A stretch of 52,849 nt of DNA, taken from IMG/VR virus record IMGVR_UViG_3300045988_151019, one strand, 5' to 3'. The position numbers and the translations under genes are program-made. Within the stretch, counting starts at the first letter, position 1, and the number at the start of each line of letters is the position of its first letter. The notes beneath the pieces were generated by a model that had not been told where the DNA came from, did not search any database, and was given only the letters and a program-made list of their open reading frames with translations. Shown here in pieces: positions 42,042 to 51,578 of the stretch. The stretch is from a virus. Taxonomy: Duplodnaviria > Heunggongvirae > Uroviricota > Caudoviricetes.

Positions 42042-42518
42042 ATGCGCATCAAACGATTTTTTCTAATTCTTGCTTTGCTTACTCCATTTTCATCAATGGC
42101 AAATGTAAGCAAATGGTCAACCGGCGAGACTCATGGTGTTCGTTCTTATGCTGTTTCCAGCAAAGATAATTATACGCTTACATTTGAGTGCGATGTTGGA
42201 TTTAATAATACGGATCCCAATCAAGTAGGAACACGACTACTCACTCTCATGAAAACAGAACCTGGCGGTGAGTCATTTGATGCTAAAAAAGAACAAATAA
42301 CGCTGAAAGTTGGTGATGATGAATATCCTATAAGTTCTATCGGTTCCTCTGTGGGTGATAGTTACTGGTATGGTTTTTGGTCAGATACCCCTGATATGGA
42401 AGTAAAAACATTCGATGCATACGTAGACGGAAAAAAAATCGCAACATTTACGCTACGTAAGGCCGCAGAGCTTTTCAACGCGGCACCTGAAGATGGCTGC
42501 CTGAAGCGCGCAAAATGA
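42042..42518 (+). CDS. AT-rich secreted protein (158 aa), function unknown
   Basis: Signal peptide MRIKRFFLILALLTPFSSMA; visibly lower GC than neighbours. Confidence 0.5.
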   Translation: MRIKRFFLILALLTPFSSMANVSKWSTGETHGVRSYAVSSKDNYTLTFECDVGFNNTDPNQVGTRLLTLMKTEPGGESFDAKKEQITLKVGDDEYPISSIGSSVGDSYWYGFWSDTPDMEVKTFDAYVDGKKIATFTLRKAAELFNAAPEDGCLKRAK

Positions 42519-42524
42519 CCTGTC

Positions 42525-42545
42525 ACAAATGACTACTCGTAGAAT
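42525..42545 (+). promoter_or_regulatory. late-promoter-like motif ACAAATGACT-N5-TAGAAT, followed by 9-bp inverted repeat CGTAGAATC...GATTCTACG
   Basis: Same architecture as the other three sites. Confidence 0.45.
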
Positions 42546-42552
42546 CGGTTAA

Positions 42553-43143
<591 letters not shown>

Positions 43144-43153
43144 GGGGGCTGAT

Positions 43154-43765
43154 ATGGGGCTTAATGTTGCTTCAGTAAAGTCTTATGTATCTTCGGCATT
43201 AACGACGACATTATTTGGCTCCGGCGTTGGTGAGCGGGAAGTTGGCAAGCTGACGTCAATCATCATGAACAAAATGCTGTTCGCGCAAGGATGGCAGTTC
43301 TCTGTCGAAGTTGATGGTCTGGAGGGGGCAGACTTCTTTGCTAAAGACATTACCTACCACGATTACAGCATCGAATATGAAACGATTAAAATCGGCGGAG
43401 GGAATATCCTTCAGCCAACGGAGCGTTCGCCTGGGCAGATAACAATGATGGTCAGGGATACCGTTGATGGCCTCGTTTTGGACTGGTTTAAGACGGCAAA
43501 AAGTCGGGTGATCAATCCGGACGGTACCGGGAATATACCGTCTAAATATTTGCTCAATGTGCGTATTTATCGGTTGCTGTCCTCCGGTTTAACCAAACTG
43601 GAAAATGAGATGACGGTATTCCCGGTCACTACCGGCGATGTCACCTATGCGCGGGATCAGGTTACGGAATTTAAGTCATTCCCAATGACCTTCGCGTTGC
43701 ACAGCACGTTTAACCAATCCTCAAGTTCTTTAGCTTCCCTTCTGGGCTTTAGTTTTTCGCTTTAA
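43154..43765 (+). CDS. putative tail structural protein (203 aa)
   Basis: ORF track. Confidence 0.45.
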   Translation: MGLNVASVKSYVSSALTTTLFGSGVGEREVGKLTSIIMNKMLFAQGWQFSVEVDGLEGADFFAKDITYHDYSIEYETIKIGGGNILQPTERSPGQITMMVRDTVDGLVLDWFKTAKSRVINPDGTGNIPSKYLLNVRIYRLLSSGLTKLENEMTVFPVTTGDVTYARDQVTEFKSFPMTFALHSTFNQSSSSLASLLGFSFSL

Positions 43766-43779
43766 ATTAAGGAGCAAGG

Positions 43780-44661
43780 ATGCTTTTACCCCTTTTCCCG
43801 CTACCATCGCGGCCAACTGAATTAATCCAGTTCCGTCAGCCAAATATTGCTGATGCGATGCGTTTCAACTCGATAACACCGGAGGAACAAGAACAGCAGA
43901 CAACAGCGTATTTAAAAGCCTTGCTGGCTGAAGCTGCGAAACATGATCCACTGAAATGGACGGCACAGGACCGGATTACCGCGTTATGGTGGATATTTAC
44001 TGGCTCCCGCGAAACACCGATCGAGACATTTACCTACACCTGTAAACATTGCGGTAAAGAGCATTATTACGATTGCGATATGAATGCTCTGGCTGAAGAT
44101 ATCCAGGTCCTGGAAGTGGAACCGTTCATTGACGATATTGAGGTGTCTGTAGAGGGCGTGCCTTATCAATGGCGTATCGTGCCGCTTGATGGTTGGGCAA
44201 TGGAAATGCTGGAGATGCGCCGAGCAGCATTGCCACCTGAAGACGACGCGGAATTCAAAGAAGCGATCGTTGATTTGCGTTTTTGGGAATTCGCTTATCA
44301 GTGTGAACTTTATAACGATGTTAGCGGTACTCGTGAAGAGCAGGCTGAGCGTCGTTATGAAACGATCAAACGGATGGCCATTGATACTGAATTTATGAAG
44401 CTGGCGGCACACATCCGGCTGGCTCATGAAAAGCTCGAACATGGTTTACCGTGCTACATCGATAAAGGCGAAATGCGTCTTCGTCTCCCGCCGCACAAAT
44501 GCCCAAACCAGGATACAAAGGAGTCCACAGAGGGTGCGTATACCCGTCTGTGGGTGCCCTTTCGGGCTACCGACTTCATTCCACAGGTGGGGATTGAAAA
44601 GCTATCAGACCTTAGTGTCCAACCTGGTTTTGTATGGGGGTATACCGATTCAGGACGCTGA
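43780..44661 (+). CDS. putative tail assembly protein (293 aa)
   Basis: ORF track; AGGAGCAAGG SD. Confidence 0.45.
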   Translation: MLLPLFPLPSRPTELIQFRQPNIADAMRFNSITPEEQEQQTTAYLKALLAEAAKHDPLKWTAQDRITALWWIFTGSRETPIETFTYTCKHCGKEHYYDCDMNALAEDIQVLEVEPFIDDIEVSVEGVPYQWRIVPLDGWAMEMLEMRRAALPPEDDAEFKEAIVDLRFWEFAYQCELYNDVSGTREEQAERRYETIKRMAIDTEFMKLAAHIRLAHEKLEHGLPCYIDKGEMRLRLPPHKCPNQDTKESTEGAYTRLWVPFRATDFIPQVGIEKLSDLSVQPGFVWGYTDSGR

Positions 44662-44742
44662 AAGGCTTACTGAATCCTATGCGTTTTTCCTGTTGGAGAA
44701 ACTGGAAGAAAAACTTAAACCGAAACGGTAGGCGATAAGATC

Positions 44743-47700
44743 ATGGAAAGAAAAAACGCCAATATTGACGATGTTATAAGGACAGTTGAAACCGCCAGCG
44801 CGAAAGAGCTGGAAGAGCTTGCAGGTATTCGGGAAGCTGTTGAAGATTTGAAAGGGGAACGAGTTGCAACTGTTGATCCTGTCTCTCGCAGTGTGTCGGC
44901 ATTAAATCGCACAATCGAAAATTCACGTCCTGACTTTGTGACCAATGTGCCATCAGTGGACTCTATTGTTGACGCAATGAAACGGCTTAATTTAGGGGAC
45001 GTTTCTCGTATACGGGAGGACAAAGTCACTAACCGTGAACAGCAGGCTGCACCAACAGCGCACAATCCCCCAAATAGACGAAGAGAGGCAATAACAGAGG
45101 ATGTTAAAGCACAGCGGTTAGAAACGGTCAAACTCGCTCGTGATTTGAAAGGGGAACGCGTTGCAACGGTTGACCCAGTATCTCGCAGTGTGTCGGCATT
45201 AAATCGAACAATCGAAAATTCCCGGCCAGACTTTGTGGCCAATGCGCCATCAGTAGACCCTATTGTTGACGCAATGAAACGGCTTAATTTAGGGGACGTT
45301 TCTCGTGTAGTTCAGGAGGGCATTGCTCAACAGGAACAGCAGGCCAAATCAACTACACCAAAGGGTAAAAAAAGACGCAGGAAGGCTATATCAGAGGATA
45401 TAAAGGCACAACGGACCGAAGCAGCCGAACACGCTCGCGAAATGTTCGATCAAAAAGGCGGTGCGCAAAAAAGCCAAAACCAACGCGATGCGCGTGGTCG
45501 TTTTATTGGAAAGTCAGGGAGTAAGGCCGCAGCGGAAGATGCCCGTGCTGAACGTGCTGAAAAGGCCAGGCGCAAAGAGGATGATGAGCGTCTAAATGCT
45601 GAATCAGGTTTATTAAAAAAACTGTCAAAAGTAGCTGAAGGCATAGGTAACCCTTCAGAGACTCGTGCCGTCGATGCGTTAGGTTATGCCGTTGCTGGTC
45701 CATTGTGGGCAGCAGGGAAGGAGCTTGGCGGGATATCAAAAGAAGTTGGTAGATCGCTTAATGGCGCCAGAAAGTCTATTGCCGATGTGATTCGTGGCAA
45801 TGACGATAACAGCCGTAGAAAAGGTTTTTTTAGGCGTAAATCGCAAAATAGTGCCGATGTCGTTCAGGTTAACACCCAAAAACGGACGGTTCAGGAACTT
45901 CAGGAGCAGACCAGCGAAATTAAAGAGGGCAATGACAAGATTCTCAGCGCCCTTGATCAGATAGCCAAAAACACCGGGAAAAAGAAGGGCGGCTTGCTGT
46001 CCAAACTATTTAGCCTGTTAGGGAAGGGGGCCGGTGGCGTCGCGTCGTTGTTAATGGGGCGTGGCATGCTGAAAAAAGCTGGAGCACTCGCTTTTGGCGC
46101 TCTGGGGGCAAAGAAACTTGTAGGAATGCTACGCGGTGGTGGCAAGAAGACTATCGCCCATGAAGGTGGAGATTTGGCTGCCCGGGCAGCAGGTAAATTT
46201 GGATTAAAGGCAGTTGGTAAAGGGGCGTTACGCGCAATTCCCTTAGTCGGCACAGTGGCTGGAGGTATTTATGATGCGGTAACCGGTTGGAATGATACAG
46301 AAGCGCAACGTCGAGCGTTTGGGCTTAAATCAGGACAAGAGCCATCATTCCAGCAAAAAGCCGCTTATACGTTAGCCAATGTTCTTGATATGGGGGGACT
46401 GGTATCTGGTATTAGCAGCGCCATTGGTGAGGTTCTCAAATCACTTGGATTTGAGGATATCGGCAATATGTTGCAATCATTTTCGACGGAAAGTATTGCC
46501 CAGGCCATTGATAGTGGGATTACCAACTTAGAAACATATATTTCTAACCTTGGCGACACCATTTCTACCAAGTTCGAAGATTACACAGCAAAGATTGGTG
46601 ATGCTGTTTCAGCATGGTTTAGCGATACATCTAATAAGCTGCTTGAAAAGCTGGATGCCATCAAAGACTTCTTTACTGTTGATAACCTGAAACAGGTTTT
46701 CAGTGATGCAATTGATAGTGCAATTGATTTCATTAAGAACCCAGGGAAACACATTAAAGAGGCGGCTGGTAATATTTGGGATGGGGTTAAAAATTTACCT
46801 GGTAAAGCATTAGATGCAGCGGTTGATGCCGTTAAAAATACCCCTGCGGCAATGATTGTATCAAAAATACCCAATCCGATCGGCGAGGCTAATGCGAAAG
46901 AAATCACTCCGGAGTTAAAAGCTCCGGTTAATAGCCACCAGGAGACGTCTGATTCTAAAACTGAATCCGATGCCAAACAGAGTAATATTGCTACCCGCGT
47001 GATAAATGCGGCACTGGACACAGCGAAAGATAGCAATAAAACAGTTAAACAAACTGCCAATCAGATTATCAATGCAAATGCCGTAGAAACGGGCAATAGC
47101 GCGTTGCAGAAAATTGATAAAGCTATTGGTCAAAATAGCTCGTCATCATCGTCGCTTAATACCACTGGCACCAGGAATGACATTCAGAAAGCTGCGGATA
47201 CTTACAACAATGGCAACTTAGATGTAAAAGTCGGAAGTCTTGGCGCTGAAGGTAAGGCAAATCTCGATAAGTTGGCTCCGTATTTTGCCGAACTAGAGAA
47301 TAAATACGGTCTTCCAGAAGGCACTCTTTACGCGATTGCTGCAACTGAATCTGGTGGTAATCCGTATGCAAAATCCCAAACCGGTGCTCTGGGGATGTTT
47401 CAGTTCACGGGGATTGCTCGTGAAGAGACTGGCTTAGCTGAAGGTGAATCGTTTGATCCTGTGAAATCGGCAGAAGCTGCGGCTCTTCTCATGAGCAAGT
47501 ATCTTAAGCAAGCCAATGGAGACTTAAACGAGGCCATCACTGCATATAATGCTGGGTTTGGCACTATTAATAAGTGGAAAAAAGGCACCGGTGACTTATC
47601 GAAAGAAAACCGTGAGTACGCGATCAAGGTCAATACTCATCGTGCTCGCTATTTAGGTGGTGAAATCTATACACCTGGAGCAGGAGCACAGGGTGGGGCG

Positions 47701-48432
47701 CAATATGGAGTGAGGGGACCACTGCCTGATAACGCTGTTATCGATCAGTATACTGGCCTGGCGTTTACCCCTGGTGATAGCCCGTTTGAGAAAGGCGGTC
47801 TGGTCGACAAAATCGGCAATGCTGTTGGCGTTAACGATCTGGTCAACAAATTCATGAATGGCCGGGGGATGCGTCGGGAAGTCGTTCAGGGAACGCTAGA
47901 AGAACGTGCACGAGAGAAGGGGACCGCAACAGCAGCTGGCAATGTGTATGTTGATACTCCGATGCCAGTTGAAGAGGCGCGTCCGGTGGCCAACAACTCA
48001 AGTTACTTTGACCATCTCGGCGCACAAATGGGGATTGATGGACTATTCGATAAACTCCGCAACTCGCCGGGGATGCGGAAAAATAATGCGCCTGAACCAG
48101 CCTCCACGTCCCAGGTGACGACTGCCGCCAACGATTTGCAGCAACCAACCGGTCGTATGCAGATAGACGGGCAGGTTATTAGTGACCTTGGCGGTTCCGG
48201 TGCCAAGCCGACAATGCAGTTGGCTGATAATACCGTTTCACTTGATGGTGAAACGAAGCGGCTGTTTGCGCAGATGACCTCATTGCTTGCCAGGATTGAA
48301 GAGCACACCAAAGACTCGGCGAAAGGCCAGGGAACTGTCGTAAAGGTCAGCACGCCTCAGCCGGGCGTTATGCGCACGGTACCACTGTCAATTGATGATC
48401 CGTTGATGAATGACTACGCGAGAGTTGATTGA
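44743..48432 (+). CDS. sit: tape-measure-like injection protein with lytic transglycosylase domain (Sit)
   Basis: 1229 aa; Gly/Ala-rich central segment; SLT motif AIAATESGGNPYAKSQTGALGMFQFT...AYNAG; internal 297-bp tandem duplication. Confidence 0.8.
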   Translation: MERKNANIDDVIRTVETASAKELEELAGIREAVEDLKGERVATVDPVSRSVSALNRTIENSRPDFVTNVPSVDSIVDAMKRLNLGDVSRIREDKVTNREQQAAPTAHNPPNRRREAITEDVKAQRLETVKLARDLKGERVATVDPVSRSVSALNRTIENSRPDFVANAPSVDPIVDAMKRLNLGDVSRVVQEGIAQQEQQAKSTTPKGKKRRRKAISEDIKAQRTEAAEHAREMFDQKGGAQKSQNQRDARGRFIGKSGSKAAAEDARAERAEKARRKEDDERLNAESGLLKKLSKVAEGIGNPSETRAVDALGYAVAGPLWAAGKELGGISKEVGRSLNGARKSIADVIRGNDDNSRRKGFFRRKSQNSADVVQVNTQKRTVQELQEQTSEIKEGNDKILSALDQIAKNTGKKKGGLLSKLFSLLGKGAGGVASLLMGRGMLKKAGALAFGALGAKKLVGMLRGGGKKTIAHEGGDLAARAAGKFGLKAVGKGALRAIPLVGTVAGGIYDAVTGWNDTEAQRRAFGLKSGQEPSFQQKAAYTLANVLDMGGLVSGISSAIGEVLKSLGFEDIGNMLQSFSTESIAQAIDSGITNLETYISNLGDTISTKFEDYTAKIGDAVSAWFSDTSNKLLEKLDAIKDFFTVDNLKQVFSDAIDSAIDFIKNPGKHIKEAAGNIWDGVKNLPGKALDAAVDAVKNTPAAMIVSKIPNPIGEANAKEITPELKAPVNSHQETSDSKTESDAKQSNIATRVINAALDTAKDSNKTVKQTANQIINANAVETGNSALQKIDKAIGQNSSSSSSLNTTGTRNDIQKAADTYNNGNLDVKVGSLGAEGKANLDKLAPYFAELENKYGLPEGTLYAIAATESGGNPYAKSQTGALGMFQFTGIAREETGLAEGESFDPVKSAEAAALLMSKYLKQANGDLNEAITAYNAGFGTINKWKKGTGDLSKENREYAIKVNTHRARYLGGEIYTPGAGAQGGAQYGVRGPLPDNAVIDQYTGLAFTPGDSPFEKGGLVDKIGNAVGVNDLVNKFMNGRGMRREVVQGTLEERAREKGTATAAGNVYVDTPMPVEEARPVANNSSYFDHLGAQMGIDGLFDKLRNSPGMRKNNAPEPASTSQVTTAANDLQQPTGRMQIDGQVISDLGGSGAKPTMQLADNTVSLDGETKRLFAQMTSLLARIEEHTKDSAKGQGTVVKVSTPQPGVMRTVPLSIDDPLMNDYARVD
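44845..45438 (+). repeat. tandem direct duplication (2 x 297 bp) inside sit
   Basis: Units 44845-45141 and 45142-45438 encode DLKGERVATVDPVSRSVSALNRTIENSRPDFV...MKRLNLGDVSR twice. Confidence 0.8.
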
Positions 48433-48788
48433 TGGCCAACAATAACGAAATTGATCCTTTGCTGACGCTGGAGTTATCCGGCGTAAAAACGTATGAGTCC
48501 CAGGAGGAGGCCTGGGGCGCTCGTTTATATGAGTGGCTAAACACTTATCAGGGTGAGGTATACGGAGATCCGTCATGGGGCAATGTTTTACCGCTGTTTA
48601 AACACGAACCGACCAACTTGTCGCATGTTCAAATTGCGGTTGAGGCAATGCTGTTGCAAAAACTGACGGTAGATTTACCTGACATACCGATTTCTGGCTT
48701 GTCAGTAGCCGAGGGGGATGCTTTTGATAAGTTGAAAATATCCATTCGTATCAGGGATATAACTATCACACAGGACGTGGTGCTATGA
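48429..48788 (+). CDS. small baseplate protein candidate (119 aa)
   Basis: ORF track; ATGA-coupled to sit stop. Confidence 0.45.
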   Translation: MMANNNEIDPLLTLELSGVKTYESQEEAWGARLYEWLNTYQGEVYGDPSWGNVLPLFKHEPTNLSHVQIAVEAMLLQKLTVDLPDIPISGLSVAEGDAFDKLKISIRIRDITITQDVVL

Positions 48789-50218
48789 GTAAAACAACAC
48801 CGACTAAAGACAGTATTCGTGCAGAGTTTGAAGAGCTTGTCGAGAAAGATTCATTCTGGTCGAAGTTTGTCGGCTCTCAATTTGTCTCGATGCTGACATT
48901 GTTTATTACCCAGATTGTCTACAGGTGCTTTCAGTATGCCGATGCGGCGCTGGCTGAAGGCTTTATATCGACCGCGACGCGGCGTTCCTCTATCCTGGCA
49001 GCGGCAGAAACGAATAGTTACGTTGGTACCAAGCCAACACCGTCATCGGGGATGATTGAGATCACCGCCACAAGTGAAGATGCCCCAGCGGTAATCCCCA
49101 AAAATATGCCTTTAATATCTGACGACCAGTACCCTTACATGACTATGGATGTATGCAGGTTGGTTGACGGCACCGGTACGGTAGAAGTGGCACAGTTGGA
49201 AATCCAGGAGGTGACATATACCGTTACGGCAGCCAAAGAATTTCTGGAAGTCGTGTTATCAAAGGCTCTCACTGCTGTCTGCTATAAGCTGGAAGTATTC
49301 GTGACGACCGATGGTAAGACCACGCAGTGGTCTTCCAGCACTATGTTCCGGTTAGCCGGTAGTAAAAGCCAGGTCTACGTTGAGTTTTATAAGCCATCCG
49401 AGCAGTTGGGGGTTCGATTCGGTGATGGGCTAATTGGGCAAATACCGCCAGAAGGCTCGACCATTACACTTAAGGTATGGTGCACCAACGGAGATATAAC
49501 CCTGGTTGCTGGCCAAAACCTGACGCCTGTCGATTCTGCGGCTAATTTAGCTAATTTGATTTCAGTTAAGACAACGACACCCATAACCGCAGGTACCGAT
49601 GCCGAAACAACGGAGATCACACGTAATCGTGCACAATATTACCTTGCCTATGATGATCAGGTCGTATGGGGCGGGGACTATACGTATTTTTTGGTGCGTA
49701 ACATCCCGGGACTGTCCTGGGTAAAGGCATGGGGCGAAGGCCAGCAAGAGAAATTAGATGGTGCTTATAATGTTCGGAATATCAATAAGATATTTATTTC
49801 AGGATGGCATCCAAACAAAAGCCAGTCAGAGCTTGAAGAAGTGATCCTGGCTGCCTTTAAGAAGGTGCCGAATGAGTTGAACAAGAAATTCTCGTATAAA
49901 GAGGTCAGAAAACTCCCCTTTAAGATCACTATCACTGGGCGGATATCGGCAAGCCTGACCATTGAGAACGTGACTGATGAGCTGAAGTCGGCACTGGAAA
50001 CAAAATTTGGGCGTGACTCAACTTTCTTTGATCCGAACCGTGTCGGCAAGTACATCCTAATCAAGAAAAAAGACGTTTGGGCATTTATCGAAACGCTGGG
50101 TTATTTCCGCGACTTTTATCTGGAATTTGTCGAGTGGAATGAGTCCAACGGCTTTTACGATTTCGTTTATCTGGATACAGAAAACTCCACCTTTAATATT
50201 TCGTATGAGGAGGAGTGA
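48785..50218 (+). CDS. baseplate J-like protein candidate
   Basis: 477 aa; size and position between small baseplate gene and fibre-proximal genes. Confidence 0.45.
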   Translation: MSKTTPTKDSIRAEFEELVEKDSFWSKFVGSQFVSMLTLFITQIVYRCFQYADAALAEGFISTATRRSSILAAAETNSYVGTKPTPSSGMIEITATSEDAPAVIPKNMPLISDDQYPYMTMDVCRLVDGTGTVEVAQLEIQEVTYTVTAAKEFLEVVLSKALTAVCYKLEVFVTTDGKTTQWSSSTMFRLAGSKSQVYVEFYKPSEQLGVRFGDGLIGQIPPEGSTITLKVWCTNGDITLVAGQNLTPVDSAANLANLISVKTTTPITAGTDAETTEITRNRAQYYLAYDDQVVWGGDYTYFLVRNIPGLSWVKAWGEGQQEKLDGAYNVRNINKIFISGWHPNKSQSELEEVILAAFKKVPNELNKKFSYKEVRKLPFKITITGRISASLTIENVTDELKSALETKFGRDSTFFDPNRVGKYILIKKKDVWAFIETLGYFRDFYLEFVEWNESNGFYDFVYLDTENSTFNISYEEE

Positions 50219-51054
50219 TGCAGCGTTCCTGGTTTAATAACCGGCTTACATCAGCTAAGCAAAAGTCATTACTTTATAAATCATTGGCTGATTTGGTTCA
50301 GTCAATGATGGACACCTTTGTTGACCCATGGTTGGAGCGAATTACCAACCGGAAGTCTATTTTCTCCATGAGCAAGGAGGATCTGGAGACTAGAACAAAT
50401 GAACTTGGCCAGTTTTTTACTATCAGAACGTCGAATTCATCTTCCGTTCCGATGTTGTTACAACAGCGGTTTGATGAGATCCATTTTAAGGGTACTGAAC
50501 GCCCTATAAACCAGACAATTTATCGCGAATTTAACGGTATATCGGTTTTATGGGATCCAATATATGCTCCGGTGGACTTTGAACGTCATCCCTATGGCAC
50601 GGTCCTGATTCCAGAAAGCACACTGGAAACCACCGGCGGCACATTCGGCGAGATGTTTCTGACTTCCAGAGGAATGATCAGTATTCCCATAAACGACCTG
50701 GCCCGGACAATGGGTATTACTGGAACGATAGATCAGTCCGCAATTACAGAAGAAATTCTCAGAAAGTTTAATCAGTTCGTAAAGCCTCTACTGCCACTGC
50801 ATATAGTGTTTGATGGGCTTACGCTCTATTTGTCGGTTGTTGTAAATGAACAGGCCGACATGATCACTTTGAATGAGATTTCTGATACCGAAAAAGCATT
50901 CTGCTGGTTTGAAACTTCGGATACAACTTCGCTTACTGAAGTTACGTCGATTAACGCCCCGATCACTGCAACGCCGGGCGGCACTATTGTGAAAGCAACG
51001 CCTACGTTTGATCGCACCCGCGCAGATGATTTGCTGTTGGATAGCGATGCGTGA
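50215..51054 (+). CDS. putative baseplate/tail-fibre attachment protein (279 aa)
   Basis: ORF track; translationally coupled. Confidence 0.45.
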   Translation: MMQRSWFNNRLTSAKQKSLLYKSLADLVQSMMDTFVDPWLERITNRKSIFSMSKEDLETRTNELGQFFTIRTSNSSSVPMLLQQRFDEIHFKGTERPINQTIYREFNGISVLWDPIYAPVDFERHPYGTVLIPESTLETTGGTFGEMFLTSRGMISIPINDLARTMGITGTIDQSAITEEILRKFNQFVKPLLPLHIVFDGLTLYLSVVVNEQADMITLNEISDTEKAFCWFETSDTTSLTEVTSINAPITATPGGTIVKATPTFDRTRADDLLLDSDA

Positions 51055-51057
51055 CAA

Positions 51058-51082
51058 TCACCCCGTCCGCAGGGCGGGGTGA
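51058..51082 (+). other. hairpin CACCCCG...CGGGGTG between structural operons
   Basis: Read directly. Confidence 0.4.
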
Positions 51083-51102
51083 CAAGTTACTTATCTTACA
51101 AT
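51082..51102 (+). promoter_or_regulatory. late-promoter-like motif ACAAGTTACT-N5-TACAAT
   Basis: Same architecture as the other three sites; 30 nt upstream of the 51133 gene. Confidence 0.45.
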
Positions 51103-51132
51103 GAGGCTTCACAACATTGATTAGGGAAAATC

Positions 51133-51567
51133 ATGTCTGACGTCTCAACAAACCTCTATAAGAGTCAGTTGTTGGACTATTACTATCAGCGGCGCGCTGA
51201 ATCGTCCATTAACAAAGGCTCTCGATTTTTAATCAGCAAGGCCGTTTTCGGTACCAGTTCACTGGTTACTAAGAAAGGAGATGGCACTTATGAGATTGGA
51301 GAACTGCCAAAGGCTTTCGATCTGGCAGAACTGACCAGTCAATTTTGCACCATCAACCTCGTCCCAACCTACTCAGGCGGGATAATTACTGTCCGAATGG
51401 ACCTTGATCAAAGTCAGTTGCAGGAAGGGAAAAACTACCCATTCAACACTCTGGTTGTTCTGGATAACGAGAATAAGCCAATCGCCATTATTTGTGTCCA
51501 GGAAGACTCGCTGTATGTGGGCAAAACATATACCGCAGTTATGGCCATAAACTCGACTACAGCATAA
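51133..51567 (+). CDS. tail-fibre-associated protein (144 aa)
   Basis: ORF track; immediately upstream of tail fibre gene. Confidence 0.45.
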   Translation: MSDVSTNLYKSQLLDYYYQRRAESSINKGSRFLISKAVFGTSSLVTKKGDGTYEIGELPKAFDLAELTSQFCTINLVPTYSGGIITVRMDLDQSQLQEGKNYPFNTLVVLDNENKPIAIICVQEDSLYVGKTYTAVMAINSTTA

Positions 51568-51578
51568 GGATATGCTTG

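Noticed and set aside
44715-45242. Minus-strand 175-aa ORF inside sit
   Set aside because: It mirrors the internal tandem duplication of sit (the repeat creates a long antisense frame); no independent start signals.
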